Position numbers and translations under genes: made by a program
In this document: one piece after another, positions 46,970 to 60,419 of the stretch
How positions within the stretch are numbered: position 1 is the stretch's first letter
Layout of the letters: every line of letters starts with the position of its first letter
Assembly (NCBI GenBank): GCA_000708835.1
Contig: DF236973.1
Span: 302,436 to 366,435 of the forward strand
Source: Klebsormidium nitens
Lineage: Eukaryota > Plantae > Klebsormidiophyceae
Length of the DNA: 64,000 bases
Direction: 5' to 3'
Notes under the pieces: model-generated
The model's database searches: none
Told to the model about the DNA's origin: nothing
What the model saw: the letters and a program-made list of their open reading frames with translations, nothing else

Positions 46970-49900
46970 AACATTGGACTTTCAGCAGATCAATCAAATC
47001 AGATTGGAAGGGAGATTTCGAGGCGTGGTCGATCACTCTCGCTTCTTTTTCAACGAACTGCGCCATCAGGATCAAATACTCTGGAGGTTTTCTCGAAGTG
47101 TCGCTTTTCACTCCAGATATGCTTTGTTTCTTACCAATGAGAGGCGAGTCAACCCTTTCCCAATGGCGGACTGACGTCAGCATTGGAGTTGGCTGCTCGA
47201 GGTACGAACAGATGGTAAACGAAAGGAGGGCATATGATCAGACTTTCCCTTCAGTCTTCCACGTTCTGAGGGTACGCATTCTAATTCACTCAAGCGTACT
47301 GTCTAAGATGAGACGCGCTGACCGGTATACATGCCGAGGTTGCAACTTTGCAAGCGTGTGCAATTGAAGCACAGCGAGTGTGACTACAGAATAAGGGGGT
47401 TCTATTTTGTCTGTCTGGAAATGGAGGCGCGGCAGCTCTTGAAAGCGACTCTCCGGAAGACAATGACATTGTCTCAACGGTTGGCTTACCCAGCTGATGC
47501 GCTGCCTTTGTTTGTTCGTTCTTATTTCTTCTCTTTCAAAGAGGATTAAGTCAAAGATGAGCCTTGTTACCAAAGCGCTTGTTCTGCTCGATCTGTCTGC
47601 TTCGTCTAGCTGCGCCTTTTTGGGTGCTTTCTTGGGGTCGAAGCTCCAGCAGTTGAGCAGCAAGGATGACCAGCATCTGGCCAATCAGAACAGTGCCATA
47701 CTAGTCTTCGTGCGACATGATTGACGCTGCGTACATGGTCGGACAAGAATTTGAGGTTTATTTCTCGCAGTCGTTGACCCCATGCATAATGGTTTTGGTC
47801 GTTGGCGGACGTCTTCATTTATGCCGAGCCAGTGTCGTGGCCCATAATTTAGCTCGCCTTTGGTCCGTGTTGAAGTCTGGTTTTGCTTCGATTGGTTCCT
47901 GCACAGTCACAGCCGCTTCTTTGCATAGGCAGCGAAGATGAAATAGTCTGGCTAAGGGGCCCTTGAGTCCATGATGCGGCACAACGGACTCCGTGTATCC
48001 TTCTCGGTGAACATGTGCAACCTTGCGCAAGTTGCGCGACCGTTGCTGCTTAACAGCACAATAAGACTCCGTCTGACTCGCCTTATTGGTTGCACCGAGT
48101 CGAGCGGCAGCCTTCGGCCGCTCAAAGGCCGTTGTCTTTGGATCCGGCAGGTCGATCACCGGCGAACCTGCGGACGTGGCTAAGGCTGAAATTGTGAACC
48201 GTTCCATGTTGAGAGGCACGGTTTGAATGCTTTTCACTGAGCAGCAAAGAGGACACAGCTAAGGCTGGCAGCCGTATGCGCCAGACCGGGATCTGAATTT
48301 CTGACCTGACGGCCAGGCAAGTAATGTGCACCGAGATTGGGCAGTTGTCACGTTTACGCTGATGGATGTACCTTGTTGTGGGTATTCCGTGTAGGTTTCA
48401 GGCGGTAGGCGCTTTCAATACTGGTTGAAATCCTGGTCGAGCTCAATTGGAGATGCATGGATAGTAGAGTTGCGGTGGCTGGTGAGCCTGATAAGCTTTC
48501 TCTTGGAAGGTGACCCCTATGACACAACCGCACACTACGCTTGAGTCAACTTTTTTACCCAGCATGGGCTGCGCGTCCTCAACTGGTAATAATACAATCA
48601 CAATCTTAACTTGTCAATCCGGCGACTGATGACGAAGGTGTGTTGGGTGAGCTACTGTCCCTTTGTTTGAGTCCATCGGCGAACGCATGCTCCGTTGGCA
48701 GTCTGCAGCAAGGACGTTGGACATGTGTAGCCATGGCTGTTTTGGTGGTCATGCAATATTTTTACCACGAGTACGAGTCAAGGACGCTGCGCGAATTGAA
48801 CGGTGATTTGTTTGATTGCTGGCATTCGACGTAAATGCTTCACCGAAGCAGACATGCCAGAAAAACTGTTTGGTCTCTGGAGAGGACGTGAATATAGAGG
48901 TCTCTCGCCACATCTACATATCTGAGCTTCGTTTTGAAAGCAATGGATATGGAGCTGAAATTGAAAGTCACTTGAACGATTTGTTCGGCATTCTTTGAAT
49001 GATCGATCGAAGTCGGACTGCTGTGGGCTCTTCGAGTGTCCGCATTCTGTGTAGTCCGATTGATAGCTGCCAGCTTTACGAGAGTTTTTCACACTCCGCA
49101 ACAGCTTGAAAGCTTCTCTGCATTTTCTCAGTACTTGTACTAAAGCTCTAAGCGTCACGCTTAATGATGCAGAGCCCATATACATAAAAGCTCAGGGTTC
49201 AAACGTCATTTGCCCTTTGAAACCATTCACGAAGTGTCGGAGTTACTTGATACAGTTGACTTCGTACAATTGGCTTTTGCTTCATTGTCCCTTTGTCGTT
49301 AGTCTCGGTAGTCTCGGCGACGCAGAGTTGGTTGTAACAGCAAGGGCGGACAGAATCTGGCTGTACCAATTCGCTTGCGCGCCCTAAAACCCTAAAACCA
49401 CAGAAATAATAGGTCGTCCTGCCCCTGATGCTTCACAGTGACTCGGTAACGAGAGTCGATCTTCTCGTCCCTGATGGGTTCACCTGTTCAAACGGGTGCG
49501 TCGACGTATGGGCTTCTTTTTCGATGATCCCTGTCCCTCCATAGGAAAGTGCTTTTTGTTGACTAGCCGCTTTTGTTAGCACAGCAGTTCCAGACATTGG
49601 AGACCTGTTGAACGTGCGTCGTCTGATACTGTCCGAACGACGTTCCCGCACGAGCACGACCTGGGCAACACGGCAAAGACACGCGGCTCTAAGAATGACG
49701 GATAAAGACAGCCATCGTCAGAACATTTGCTAGGATACATTTTTCTTGCAAGGTTCAGTCTGAGTACGTCTGTTGGCAGCGGCGATGATGGTGTTGGCTT
49801 GCGGTATGTCATGGCCACACCGCAGGTCGGCTTTGAAAGTGGCTTCAAATGATGCTGCTCACGTGGGTCGAAAGTCATTCGGGCACCCACTGCAAGAATG

Positions 49901-52900
49901 TTCCATTTTTGAGGTTTCGTGCACGGCTGGCTCACAGCAGAGCCGTTGGGTCCCACTTTTACTCCTCCTCTGCTCTTGCATCGAAATCAGTACCTTTTGA
50001 GAAGACCGGCATATGAACCGGGGCCGATGACATGCATCTCAACTATAACCCTGTCCAAATGGGCAGGCCAGAAAGTGGCGTAGACTAAAGATCGTGACAA
50101 AAGTTATGCTTGCGTTTCGCAGAGCATGGCGCAGCCCACGTCTTATTGCTGGAAGCGTGGCTCTTGGCAGTTCAGCAATCATAGACTCGCCTCAACGAGA
50201 TTTCTGCCGTGAGAACGGGTGCCTATTATAGTAAATCTCGTTCTGAGTAAAATCATTCCCCAGTTCTTACCCCCTTCGGTTGTATTTAGTCTCGAGTGCA
50301 GTTGTAACCGCAATCTGACAGTTGTCAGAGGGACTTGTTTCAGTGGCTAGTATCCATCCAATGGTGCGACCGTCTTTTGCTCACATTAGGCGTGCTGCTG
50401 TGTACTCCGCCTTTTGTACACAAAACGAGCTGCTTAGAGTTTTCTCTTCAATAGTGCGGAGCGTTCAGGCTTTGAGAGTCCGGCTTTGCGGACGCATGCA
50501 TAAGAGCCGACGAACGGTGAATCAATGATCCGCAGTGATTCGAAAAAGCCGGTACTCCTTTCCTTTCCACATAAGCTGCGCCAGGTCCATGGATTCGTGC
50601 TGAGAAATATACTTTTGCCCGGAGACTATATGTGCTCCGTTCCTGCAGCTAGGAAAACCAACCAGGTTGTTAAATCCATCCGTTCCTCGTGCGCTGCTCT
50701 TCAACGGATTCGAGATCGGATCATGCTGCACGAACCGCTTGCTTCTTACCGCAGTAATGAAGAACCTGCATGGGTGGCCTTCTTAAGGCAGCCACGCTCC
50801 CTGTTGAACCTCTTGAGGCTGCCAGCAGACGTACGTTATGAATTTGTTCGAATAAGGTACACGCGAGGAAACAAGCTCTTCCGTTTCTTGATGATGGAAA
50901 CGCTTTGCGATTCCATAGATTGGTGCCTACGTATGATCATGCTGTAGGCCTCGGTAAGAGATGGGCGAACCTGTAGAAAGCTCACAGCCCATTCCTTACA
51001 AGCTGCATTCGACGTGTGGTCGCATTGCTTAGCTATAGAAACGGGTAGCCTTCGGCTGTCCCCGCGTGGGAGGCGCGCAAAGGTAACAAACCATCCCAAT
51101 CCACCTGTTTCTGGCCCAGACTGTGAAATCGCCTTTCCGCCCCAACTTTTTGAGACCCGTGCTTCTAGATAGACTGAGCATGTCGTCCTAATTTACAAGG
51201 CCTGGCCAGTCTTAAAAGCAGCAAGGATGTCATAGAGCAGGCATATGCATATGCCAAGATCCCCTAGCTGGTCGACTGCCTTCCCTGATGCTGCTGATTA
51301 CGAAGCTCCGTTGAGCAATTCAAATGCACCTGCTTCGTGGGAGTTTTGGGTTGGCAAGCGCCACAATAGCGTTTTCGAGCATGCCCACGAATCCCCTTAG
51401 AGACGGAAGTTTGGAGCGAACTTCGGAAGCCGTCATTCCGCGGTGCTAGTAGCCCACCAGATTTTATGCGCATTTACCAGGGTGCTTCGGGACGGAGCCC
51501 ACGAGTGGAATTCACTGTACAAGCACACGCGTGCAACAGTATATAGTCGTACATCATCGGTCAAGGTCCTCGCCCTTCTTCTTGGCAGCACGAAACCTGC
51601 TAAATCATTTTCGTCTCAATCTTTTTGAAAATTTTGAATGCGACTTTATCAATACGCATCTGACAAAGATCCAAGCTTTCGTAGTATTAGTAGGGTCTGT
51701 TGCGGCAAGGAAATACGTCACCAGGACCTGCCGGCTTTCAACGGGCCAGCGGGGGATTGATGAAGATACCGAGCCACTTCGCATGCGTACAAATCAACTG
51801 TTTACTACCTTCACTTCCTAGATTCTTCGCAATCTTTTGAGCATCTCGAGCAAATGATCAACACGCAACACGGCTGTGATGTTTGTTCTGATTTGCATAC
51901 GTTGTGCGGGCACTGTCTTACCACTCTTGAGGTGCAAGTGCGGGGACTCTGCAATGAGCGCTTTCCAACTCAAAAAGGGGGTTTCTGCAAGGTGATTCGA
52001 TCACTTTCCACTTACGCGGCTGGGACGAACTAGCTGTGGCATTCAGCCGCTCGTCCGGCTGGAATTGTCACGTCGCAATGGAAGACAGCAATCCTACGCC
52101 GCTCGTGATCCGGCCCTTTGAGCCACTTCGTACGAATCATGCAGGAGACCAACGTTATCCAAAGGTATTCATGGTTTGCCGTGTGGAAAACATCAGATTG
52201 CCGATTCTAAAAGATCTCAAGGACGCGCCACTTCGCGTGTTGCGATGCTTCGGAGTAGAGTACTGCCGGCGACTCGTGACCGAGTTGCCTGGATCGAGGG
52301 AAGGATGGAAGCCGGGGGTAAGCATCAATTGCTTCACCAGGGCTCCGTCAATTGCTGGGCACTTAGACGGGACCCGTTACATGACATGCTGCATCGCTGT
52401 ACGGGTTGTGGCACCTTCGCAGACTGGCTTCGCCCCTCCGGCTTGGGCTTATGTCGCTTTGAAGGAACGGATTCTGCGGATCAGACAGGAAGAGTCTCTG
52501 GACAGCCGATTGCATGCAGTGGCTACTTGCAGTCCTCCTTTCACGTCTCGAAATTAGCCGCCATGTTTTCAGAAAGTTATGCTTTCCGGACGCGGCAGGG
52601 ACGAAGGGAAAATTGGCACAAAATTGGGCCAACTTTGAACATTTGGGGTCGGAGCCGCTACCAATCTCACCGATGCCTCCTGATTTCACGCGTGGGCAGA
52701 CCTCCAGAACATAAAAACTCTCGTCAAGCTAGCCCTCTTCCGCTTAACCTGACCGGCTCTCATTGACCAGCGAGTTGTTATTAAGCAGTCATCATCACGC
52801 TGCATGTATTTTATCTCAGCTCAAGTTACTGACTGAACGACTCGGGTTGACATATTGAATCGGGTCGATAACAGCAAGATCGGTTGGTCGGGCATCATGC

Positions 52901-53115
52901 GTCGAGATCATGGGTGCGATCGAAGCTAGTCTGCCTGAAATCTCATTGGGGCGCAGACTTTGCTGCCCTTAATCCTTGCACGTCGGCAACGAAAAGGAGA
53001 AACTGGCAATCAAGCTGGAAAAGCCAGTACCATTCTGCTCTTGAGCCGCCAACTTTGAAGGAATTGTGGTCCTGGTTGGGACTCGAGCCGTTGATGTTTA
53101 AAAAAATACCGGCAC
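46970..53115 (-). pseudogene. Decayed coding unit, copy A (~6 kb); product unidentified, possibly a transposon relic
   Basis: Collinear ~65-75% nucleotide similarity (by eye) to 53870-59340 at many anchors: 47500/54035, 48250/54805, 49100/55310, 49430/55625, 51180/56490, 52035/57360, 52870/58430. Many stops and frameshifts. Some minus-strand segments differ only at synonymous sites (RLFHLRCL; KT.AFERP; WRIRLPALA). Boundaries are approximate. Confidence 0.55.
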
Positions 53116-53869
53116 TCGGACTGTCGCTTTAAGAATGAATCATAACAGAAGGAGCTGATACGGCGTGCAGATATAAACTTGGGCACTCGACGCTCAGCGA
53201 CTTTCTTAGCGATCTTTCTGCGCCACGAAAGTCACATTTTTGCAACATCCTCTTTCGACTCTTCAGCTTGCGAGCGGCAATGATGGTATGCTCCTGGCTT
53301 CCAGTAGCGAAAGCCAGAGCTCTGGCATATCCCACTCTGACGCCCCTCATGTTTCTTGCTTCCTGAGCAACCAAGCACTGGTCGATGACCACCGTTTGAT
53401 CAGCACCGATATTTAGTCGATCTCAAAGCGGCAAGGAGGCTAGCGCTATATCATACGCGCCCGTCAATTTGAAATCGACCTTCACAAGATCTTCGCTTTC
53501 CGTTACTTCTCTGCCGCTCAGCTGCGGAGATTTTCCTAGGAAGTGGTCGTGGGCGCTCTGAATGATTGATTTCTAGTTGTTTTTGAACACGTACATTCTG
53601 GCCAAGGATTGCTGCAGCTTTGTCCAGATTGTTGAGCAGAAAATGTGATCGTCTCGCTCCTTATGAGACGGAAGCCAGTTGTTTAAGGGTGCCTGCTGAT
53701 GCTGCTTACGCTTGTACCTTGTGTTTCCCACGAGCTCCTTAATCTGGTCAAGTGACTGGCGCATTCACGGTCACTGGCAGCAGGCTTGCAATTGACGGCC
53801 TCGCATGCGTTTAAAAAAGCCCCACTCTGGAAAGTTGACACACGGCTATATTTCACATGTCCTTTGTTC

Positions 53870-56800
53870 GAGAGCACTAAAGCTCGAACCAGATCATGGA
53901 GGGGAACGCTATACTCTCCGCGGCTTCAATCAACATAAACCCGAAGGGATTTTTGTCAGGAGATGGGGGCCGCGGCCGCTTGGATCCCGCTCTTCGACAC
54001 ACTTCTCTTAACGGTCGATTCATCTAGCCTATGCGCTGCGTTCGTTGGTTCGTTCCTATTTTCTTCTCGCAATGAGGATAAGTCAAAGATGACCCTTGTT
54101 GCTCAGCGCTTATTCTGCTCTGTGCTTGCCTGCTCTACCTGCGCCTTCCTTTGACGCTTTCCTTGTAGCCTTGGAAGATCCAAAAGTTCAGCAGCAAGAA
54201 TGACCAGCATCTGCCAATCAGAACAGTGCCGCTAAGCTTTGTGGCAATCGACAATTGATGCTTCACACTGGACGCTGCTTACATATGGTCGGAAAAAATG
54301 GGAACTTGCGTTTGTTCGTCGTGGATATCGATGCATCGACCCCAGTTCTTTAAACGGTTTCTTTTGAGACGTCATTCTACCACGCATGTGCAATCGCGAA
54401 CCTTTATATACCAACATCTATGGCGATCGCCTTATCACTCCGTCGTGGCTGTTTTTGGTCCAGCGGTTCCTGCACATGCACGTCAGCCATTTGTCGAGGC
54501 AGCGGAGATGGAATAGTCTGGAGCCCTAAGCGAACTGATTGCTGATGCTGCACGGCAATTTTACTCCTCTCCTATTTGGTCACTTGACACGCTTTGCGAC
54601 TTCCGATGCTTCGAAGCATAAAAGACTGTGCCTGTCTAAATCGCTTCGTTTTTCGTTTATGTTGCGGCCTGGTTTGGGCGCTCGAAGGCCATAGTCTTTT
54701 CGGATCCCGCAGGCAACCTGCAGACCTGCACACTGTGGCCCGCTAATACTGGGTCTATTGTTCCATGTTGAAGTTGTTGAGGTGTTCAAAGCCTTTCAGC
54801 AGCAAGGACAAGCCAAGGCTGGCAGTCGTATGCGCCAGATGTCGTTTTTGTCGTTGACGCTGCGTTGAATGCCAAGCCAGGCAAGTAAGGCGTGCTGAGC
54901 TTAGGCATTTGACTGGTGATAAGACGGGTGTACTTTGCCCCGGGCCGGGTCTGCGGCGCCCGAATACTCTGAACAAGCCTCAACTTTCCGCCATTGTGTC
55001 GCAATGAATCGTCGTGCCAGATTGATCAGTGCACTTGTAGTAAAAGATAACGGATGTCGGATTGATTGTGCGCTTCGTGTTCCAGCTGAAGTAGCGCGTG
55101 GCCGGCCGGCCTGGGCGACAACTTTCAGCGCGCGAGCCTGGTCACACCAACGTATCAGAGCTTTGTCTTGAAGCGATGGAGTTGGAGCTGAGGTTCCATT
55201 GACCTGTCTTGCACTGAAGAAATCACGAGCTCGGACTGCTTTGGGCTCGTAGATCTTCTGCATTCTGTGAGGTCCGGAAAAGCTGCCAACTAGAATGAGA
55301 AACTTTCACACTCCGCACAACGTCAGAGCTTCTCTGCGTTCTCCTAAAACATGTTCGGAAGCTCTAGACGTCAAAGCGGTTGATATGATGCAGAGCCCAC
55401 GTATGTAAAAGCTCAAGGTCCAACGTCGATTGCTCTTTCTATGGCAAACTCCGAAAGTGCCGGACTTGCTTCGTACACTCGGCTCTGTAGCAACGGCTCT
55501 GCTTAATTGTCTAGTGTCGTTAGTCTAGGGGACGCCAAATGTGTCTGTACAGGAAGGACGGACAGATTCTGGCCGCACGGAGTCGCATGCGCGGTTCATT
55601 TATGACACATGTTGTCCTGTCTCTGATGCTGCACAGTGACTCGGTAACGGGATTCGTTCTTCTCGTGAGTCTCTCGGAGGATTCAACCTATGGTCTTCTC
55701 TCTTTTATGATCCCTGTCACTTAGAGGGAAAGTCCTTTTTTGTTGATCAACCGCTTTTGATAGCACAGGAGTTCCAGAAATGGAAGACCGGTTGAATGCT
55801 TGCACGCCGAACTCAATCTTACTGCTGCTCATAACTAGCTTGGGATCGGCTGTGTCGGGACCGGCTTTGTCTTTAGCTGCCCCGGTTTTCGGTTTCCCCC
55901 ACACGAGAACGAGGATTCTTGCCTGAAGGAGAGACATGTTCCACTCTCACAAACTCAAAGAGAGAAATGATCGCACTCCGGTCTAGGCTTTTTCAGCGCG
56001 CGGCAAGGACGAACGTGGCTGCCCTACCAAAGGCAACCTCAACTTGAATACAGGAAAAGAAAAGCTCTAACGCTGCAAGCAGAACGCAGAAAAAGTCATT
56101 CTTCATGCAAGCCCTCCTCGTTCTTGTCGACAAAAATCATTTCATATCTTGGTACGATTGTGCCCATGTATGATCAGGCTGTAGCCCTCGGTAAAGACGG
56201 GCGCTTCTGCATGAAACACACCGTCCGTCTAAGCTGTTCAAATCATCTTCATCTACGCACATCCTCACGTCGCAAGGCTGCAAGATTAAGCCAGCACCAC
56301 AGTCGCCCATCAAGAAACGAACAATTTCGGGGCAGCTTTTGCATTCCCATGCTGGGGCGGTCTTTGGCCTCGAGACGCTAGCCAAGGTAAAATTAATTCC
56401 AGTCCGCGCACTGGTCCGCACCAGACTGGGCAGGTTCTTTCCCGCCTTGGCTTTTTTGGAGGTCGTGCTTATAGATCAAGTGCGCATGTCGTCCTCCTTC
56501 CTTTCTTGGCCTGGTCAATCCTGAAAGCAGCAGGATGTTATACAGTAGGCATATATATGCACATGCCAAATTCTCTCTTGATTTGCTTGGTGCTGCTAAG
56601 AGTAGAGGCCCTCGTCGAGAGATTCTTCGCCGACCTGATGCAAAAGCTGCGTCAAAGTTTTTGAGGTTGGCTAGGATAACGTTTGTCAGCATGCACTCAA
56701 ATTGGTCTGCTAGAGACGCGGCCGTTCAGAAAAAAGTTCGGTTGAAGCCGTCACCAACGCCATGCAAGTACTTGCGCTCACCGATTTGTCATTTGGAATT

Positions 56801-59340
56801 TACCAGGGTGACTTAGCACGGAGCCCAGAACATGATTGGTATGATCGTACAGAGCAAAGGAGTGCAATAGCAAATGTTGTAGATCTTGGTCTGGCTTCTT
56901 GCTCTCCTCCTTTTCAGGACGTAAGCGAGCGGGAAGATCTTTTGAAAGCTTTCCGAGTCGATTTCCATTTTTCCTAACGGTTCGAACGCGACGTTTATTA
57001 ATACGCATCTGACTCAGATGAAAGCTTTCTTGGTACCTACGGTCTATTGCGGCAATGAAAACGGTCATCTGGCCACGCTGGCTTTCAAGGAACTAGCAAG
57101 GAAGTATTGAATGACTTAATCCACTTGCGTACAAAGTATCGTATTGTCGGTTAATTTGCTGCCTAGTAAGCGTTGAGAATATTGAGCTGTTAACACGCAT
57201 CACGGATTCTGGAGTTCGATATGATCACAAACGGTGTGCGGGCACTGTGGTCACTACTCGTGAACTGCGTTTGCGGGGGCTTTTATAATCTTTCACTCTT
57301 AAGGAGACATTTTATGCGAGGTGATTCCATCTGTCTCCCCTTACGCGGCTGCGACGCGCTAGCTGTGGCATTCAGCCGCTCGTCCTCCTGCTGTAATTGT
57401 CAAAAATTCGAAGACAGGGATCCGACGCCGCTCGTCCTCAGGCCTTTTGAGCTGCTTCGAAAATTCTCATGCAAGACCAATTTATAACTAAGTTGATCAC
57501 GATTTGCCGTGTGGAAGAAACTTCAGATCCCCGATTCTAAAAGGTTTCGAGCATTGCAAGGACGCGCCACTTCGCGTGCTGCGATGCTCAAAGTCGGGTA
57601 ATATCGACGACGTGTGATCGACTTGCGTGGCGGAAAGGATGGTAGCCCGAGGTAGCATCGTTCTTTTAAGCGGGGCTTGGTGATATGCTGGGCAGTTAGG
57701 CGGGTCCCATTTCACATACTTCATTTACGTACGGGTCTCCGAAATGTCCTGGTTGTGGCACCTTCGCAGATCTGCTTCGGACATCCACCTCGGGCTTATG
57801 TTGCTTTGGAGGATACGAAGTCTGCGGATTGGACGGAAATCTTACGGAGATTGTCTGACTATCATGCTTTTGGTAGACAGTACTGGAGGGCTTTCTGATC
57901 AAGAGACGGGGTTTAGCAGGACACGTGCCTGCTTGAAGGTTTCGTTTCCCCCAAATTTCAAGAAAACCTCCCTTCTGCGGGTTTGCTTCGGTGTTAACCA
58001 GAGCTCCTGTCGCTTTACGAAGCGACGAGCTCTAGAGAGTTAGAGAGAATCTTCGAGATTTAGCCGATCGGACAGGCATTGAACTGGTTTCTCGCTGCCC
58101 TCTTTCACAATCGACGTCTTTTTAAAGTCCCCTCAAAGTACGGCAAGGGCGAAAGAAGCAAGATTGGCACCCGCGGGTGAGCCAGTAACAAGTTCTGTCT
58201 ACAACGTGGCCGCTTTCAGTCTGAACGGCTCGCATGATGTTCTATACGTGAGCAGGCTCCGAAACCTGTCGAAAGCTCTTGTCAAGGAACGCAAAGCCCC
58301 GGTCTTCATAACCTGACCGACAATTGTCTGCTAGCAAGCTGTAAACGTGTTTATCTCCGGGGCTGTTATGATAGGTCCGGCTCAATCCGGGTCAGAACGA
58401 CTCTGATTTTGATACGACGTGTACTCGACAGCAAGGCTGGTGGGTCCTGAAAATTTACACCGGGCGGTCGACGTAGAACTTGCTTTGAGCCTCCAAGGCG
58501 CTAGAGTAAGGGCAGTGGTTTTATCCCAGTACGGAACCTCTAAAGCCTCTGCTTAAGTATGCACTCAAACGAGCAATTTTCGGCGGATCTGTGGGTCATT
58601 ATGGTTTACAACTTTACAGTACCGCGTACAGTGCTTATTGTCTTCGTACGCATCTGTGCAACTTCATTGACAGCCTTCGGAAGCAGCTGGGATGAACCGA
58701 AATTGGCTCTCTAGCGGCCAGTGCTTGGTTAGCTGTCGGTGATGCTGCAAGATGAAAGGTTTGAAACATCTTATGAATCCAGATGATGCCTCTCAAAATA
58801 AGAATCAATAACAGCTTGAGCCAAGAATGGCGCCGTGAGCATAGTCTTCTCCTCGACTTTTCTATGCCTAAATCTTCGTATTACTGTATTTGCTTAAAAC
58901 CGTTTCATACTCAAGGCTTTGAAACGATTGCGCTTGGCAAATCAAATTTACAAGTTGCGGAACATCAAGTTTTTGCCGAATTCATTCATTTCGTCGAAGA
59001 CGTACTGGGAGCATAGGTCGCCTAGCGCGGTGGGGCTGCGGTGCATGCTCGGATATTCTTGCAGCAACGTTGAGACAGTTTTGGAGGCTACCCTTTTTGT
59101 GACGGGTGTGCACACTTGCTTTCTGTCACAAACTGCTCTTGTGCCGTATTACTGGCTTTGAAGCCGATCCGCCTGAAACTTTCAGCCGCCTGGAACTCCC
59201 TTAGTCCGTACACGGCAAGGAAGATCAAAAGCTGGTAAGACTGTTCCAAGGAAAGCCAGTACAGTGCTGTCCGCCTGAGCCGGCATTCAAGTGGGTCGGG
59301 TTATGATTGGATCCGGCATCAGTGTCTTCAACCCAGAACT
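53870..59340 (-). pseudogene. Decayed coding unit, copy B (~5.5 kb), tandem paralog of 46970-53115 lacking ~0.9 kb of copy A
   Basis: Same anchors as copy A. The offset drops from ~6.2-6.5 kb to ~5.3 kb across A 49900-51100, implying an indel. Boundaries are approximate. Confidence 0.55.
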
Positions 59341-60419
59341 TCAACATTTATTTTTCAGGGGAAGCTGACGTCTGGTGTGGAAACACACATGCGCATATAC
59401 TGTGGCTCTGCGCACTTTGTGCAAGCATTTTTTCCAGTTTCCGAACTTCGACCTTTCGCAGCTTCCGTTCGTTCATTCCAGGTCACGTCACGAGCGGCAA
59501 GGATGTTACGGTCCTGGCTTTCTGAGTAGAAACGCCACAATTCATCCGGTAAATCTGACTCCGCTTATGTGCCTTGATTTTCAGGCGTCAAATTTGTCAC
59601 ACAATGAGTCTCTATTCAATGTCTGCCCAGCGAGACAGTTGTGACCTAACGCTACGCTGCGCAAGGAGGTCATGACACACGCCTGTGCTTTAATGTGGAC
59701 TGGACTTCATACGACAGCCGTTCCCATCGTTTTCCGAGTATGCTTAAGTCGCTCGAAATCCCGAAGCTGCCAAGTTTTCATCGGCCGCTGTGGGCATCCG
59801 GAAGGGTAGGTTTCCCATTTTTGCGACACGTGCTTAGTCAGCAACCGCTGCTTCATAAAGTGGTCAGGCAATGAGATAATTTCTTCTCGCTTCTCGCGAG
59901 AGAAGCCATTTGTGGACAAAAAGTGCTCTGATGCTGGTTTAGGCGTCCCTTCTCTTCTACGAGCATTTATGCGCAATTCAAAGATTCTGGTGATGGACGC
60001 GTGCATGATTGTCAGGATTGCAACTTTCTTGGGTTGGTATGTGGTACAAAGTCACCCGGCTCTTCAAACATGGGGTTTTTTTAAGACTCGTAACCGCTTC
60101 AAGTCAAAGTGAGTTCCGGCTGGACCAATTATAATCAACTACGGAAACCACTTGGCAGCCCACCGAAAGCTATCTGCGCGGCGGTTTGCCATTTCAGAAG
60201 GTATAGATGCGTACGGGATTGCCAAACTCTTTCCCCATTTATGAAGCGGATCATACATAGACGCTCGCCGGTGGTTTGTATTGCTCTTCGTTCCCTTGAA
60301 TCGCGTGCGGCGAGGATCGACCGTCGTGTCGACGTCTGGCTTCGAAACACCAACTCAGCGTCCACAAGCTGAGGTGCCTCCTTCTCGAAACTGGCGCGCC
60401 TCCGAGTCCTATACCGCGT

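Noticed and set aside
50525-50947. 140-aa and neighbouring ORFs (52036-52557, 52176-52766) as intact genes
   Set aside because: They lie within the decayed duplicated unit. The paralogous copy is disrupted in the same frames and the coding strand cannot be fixed here.
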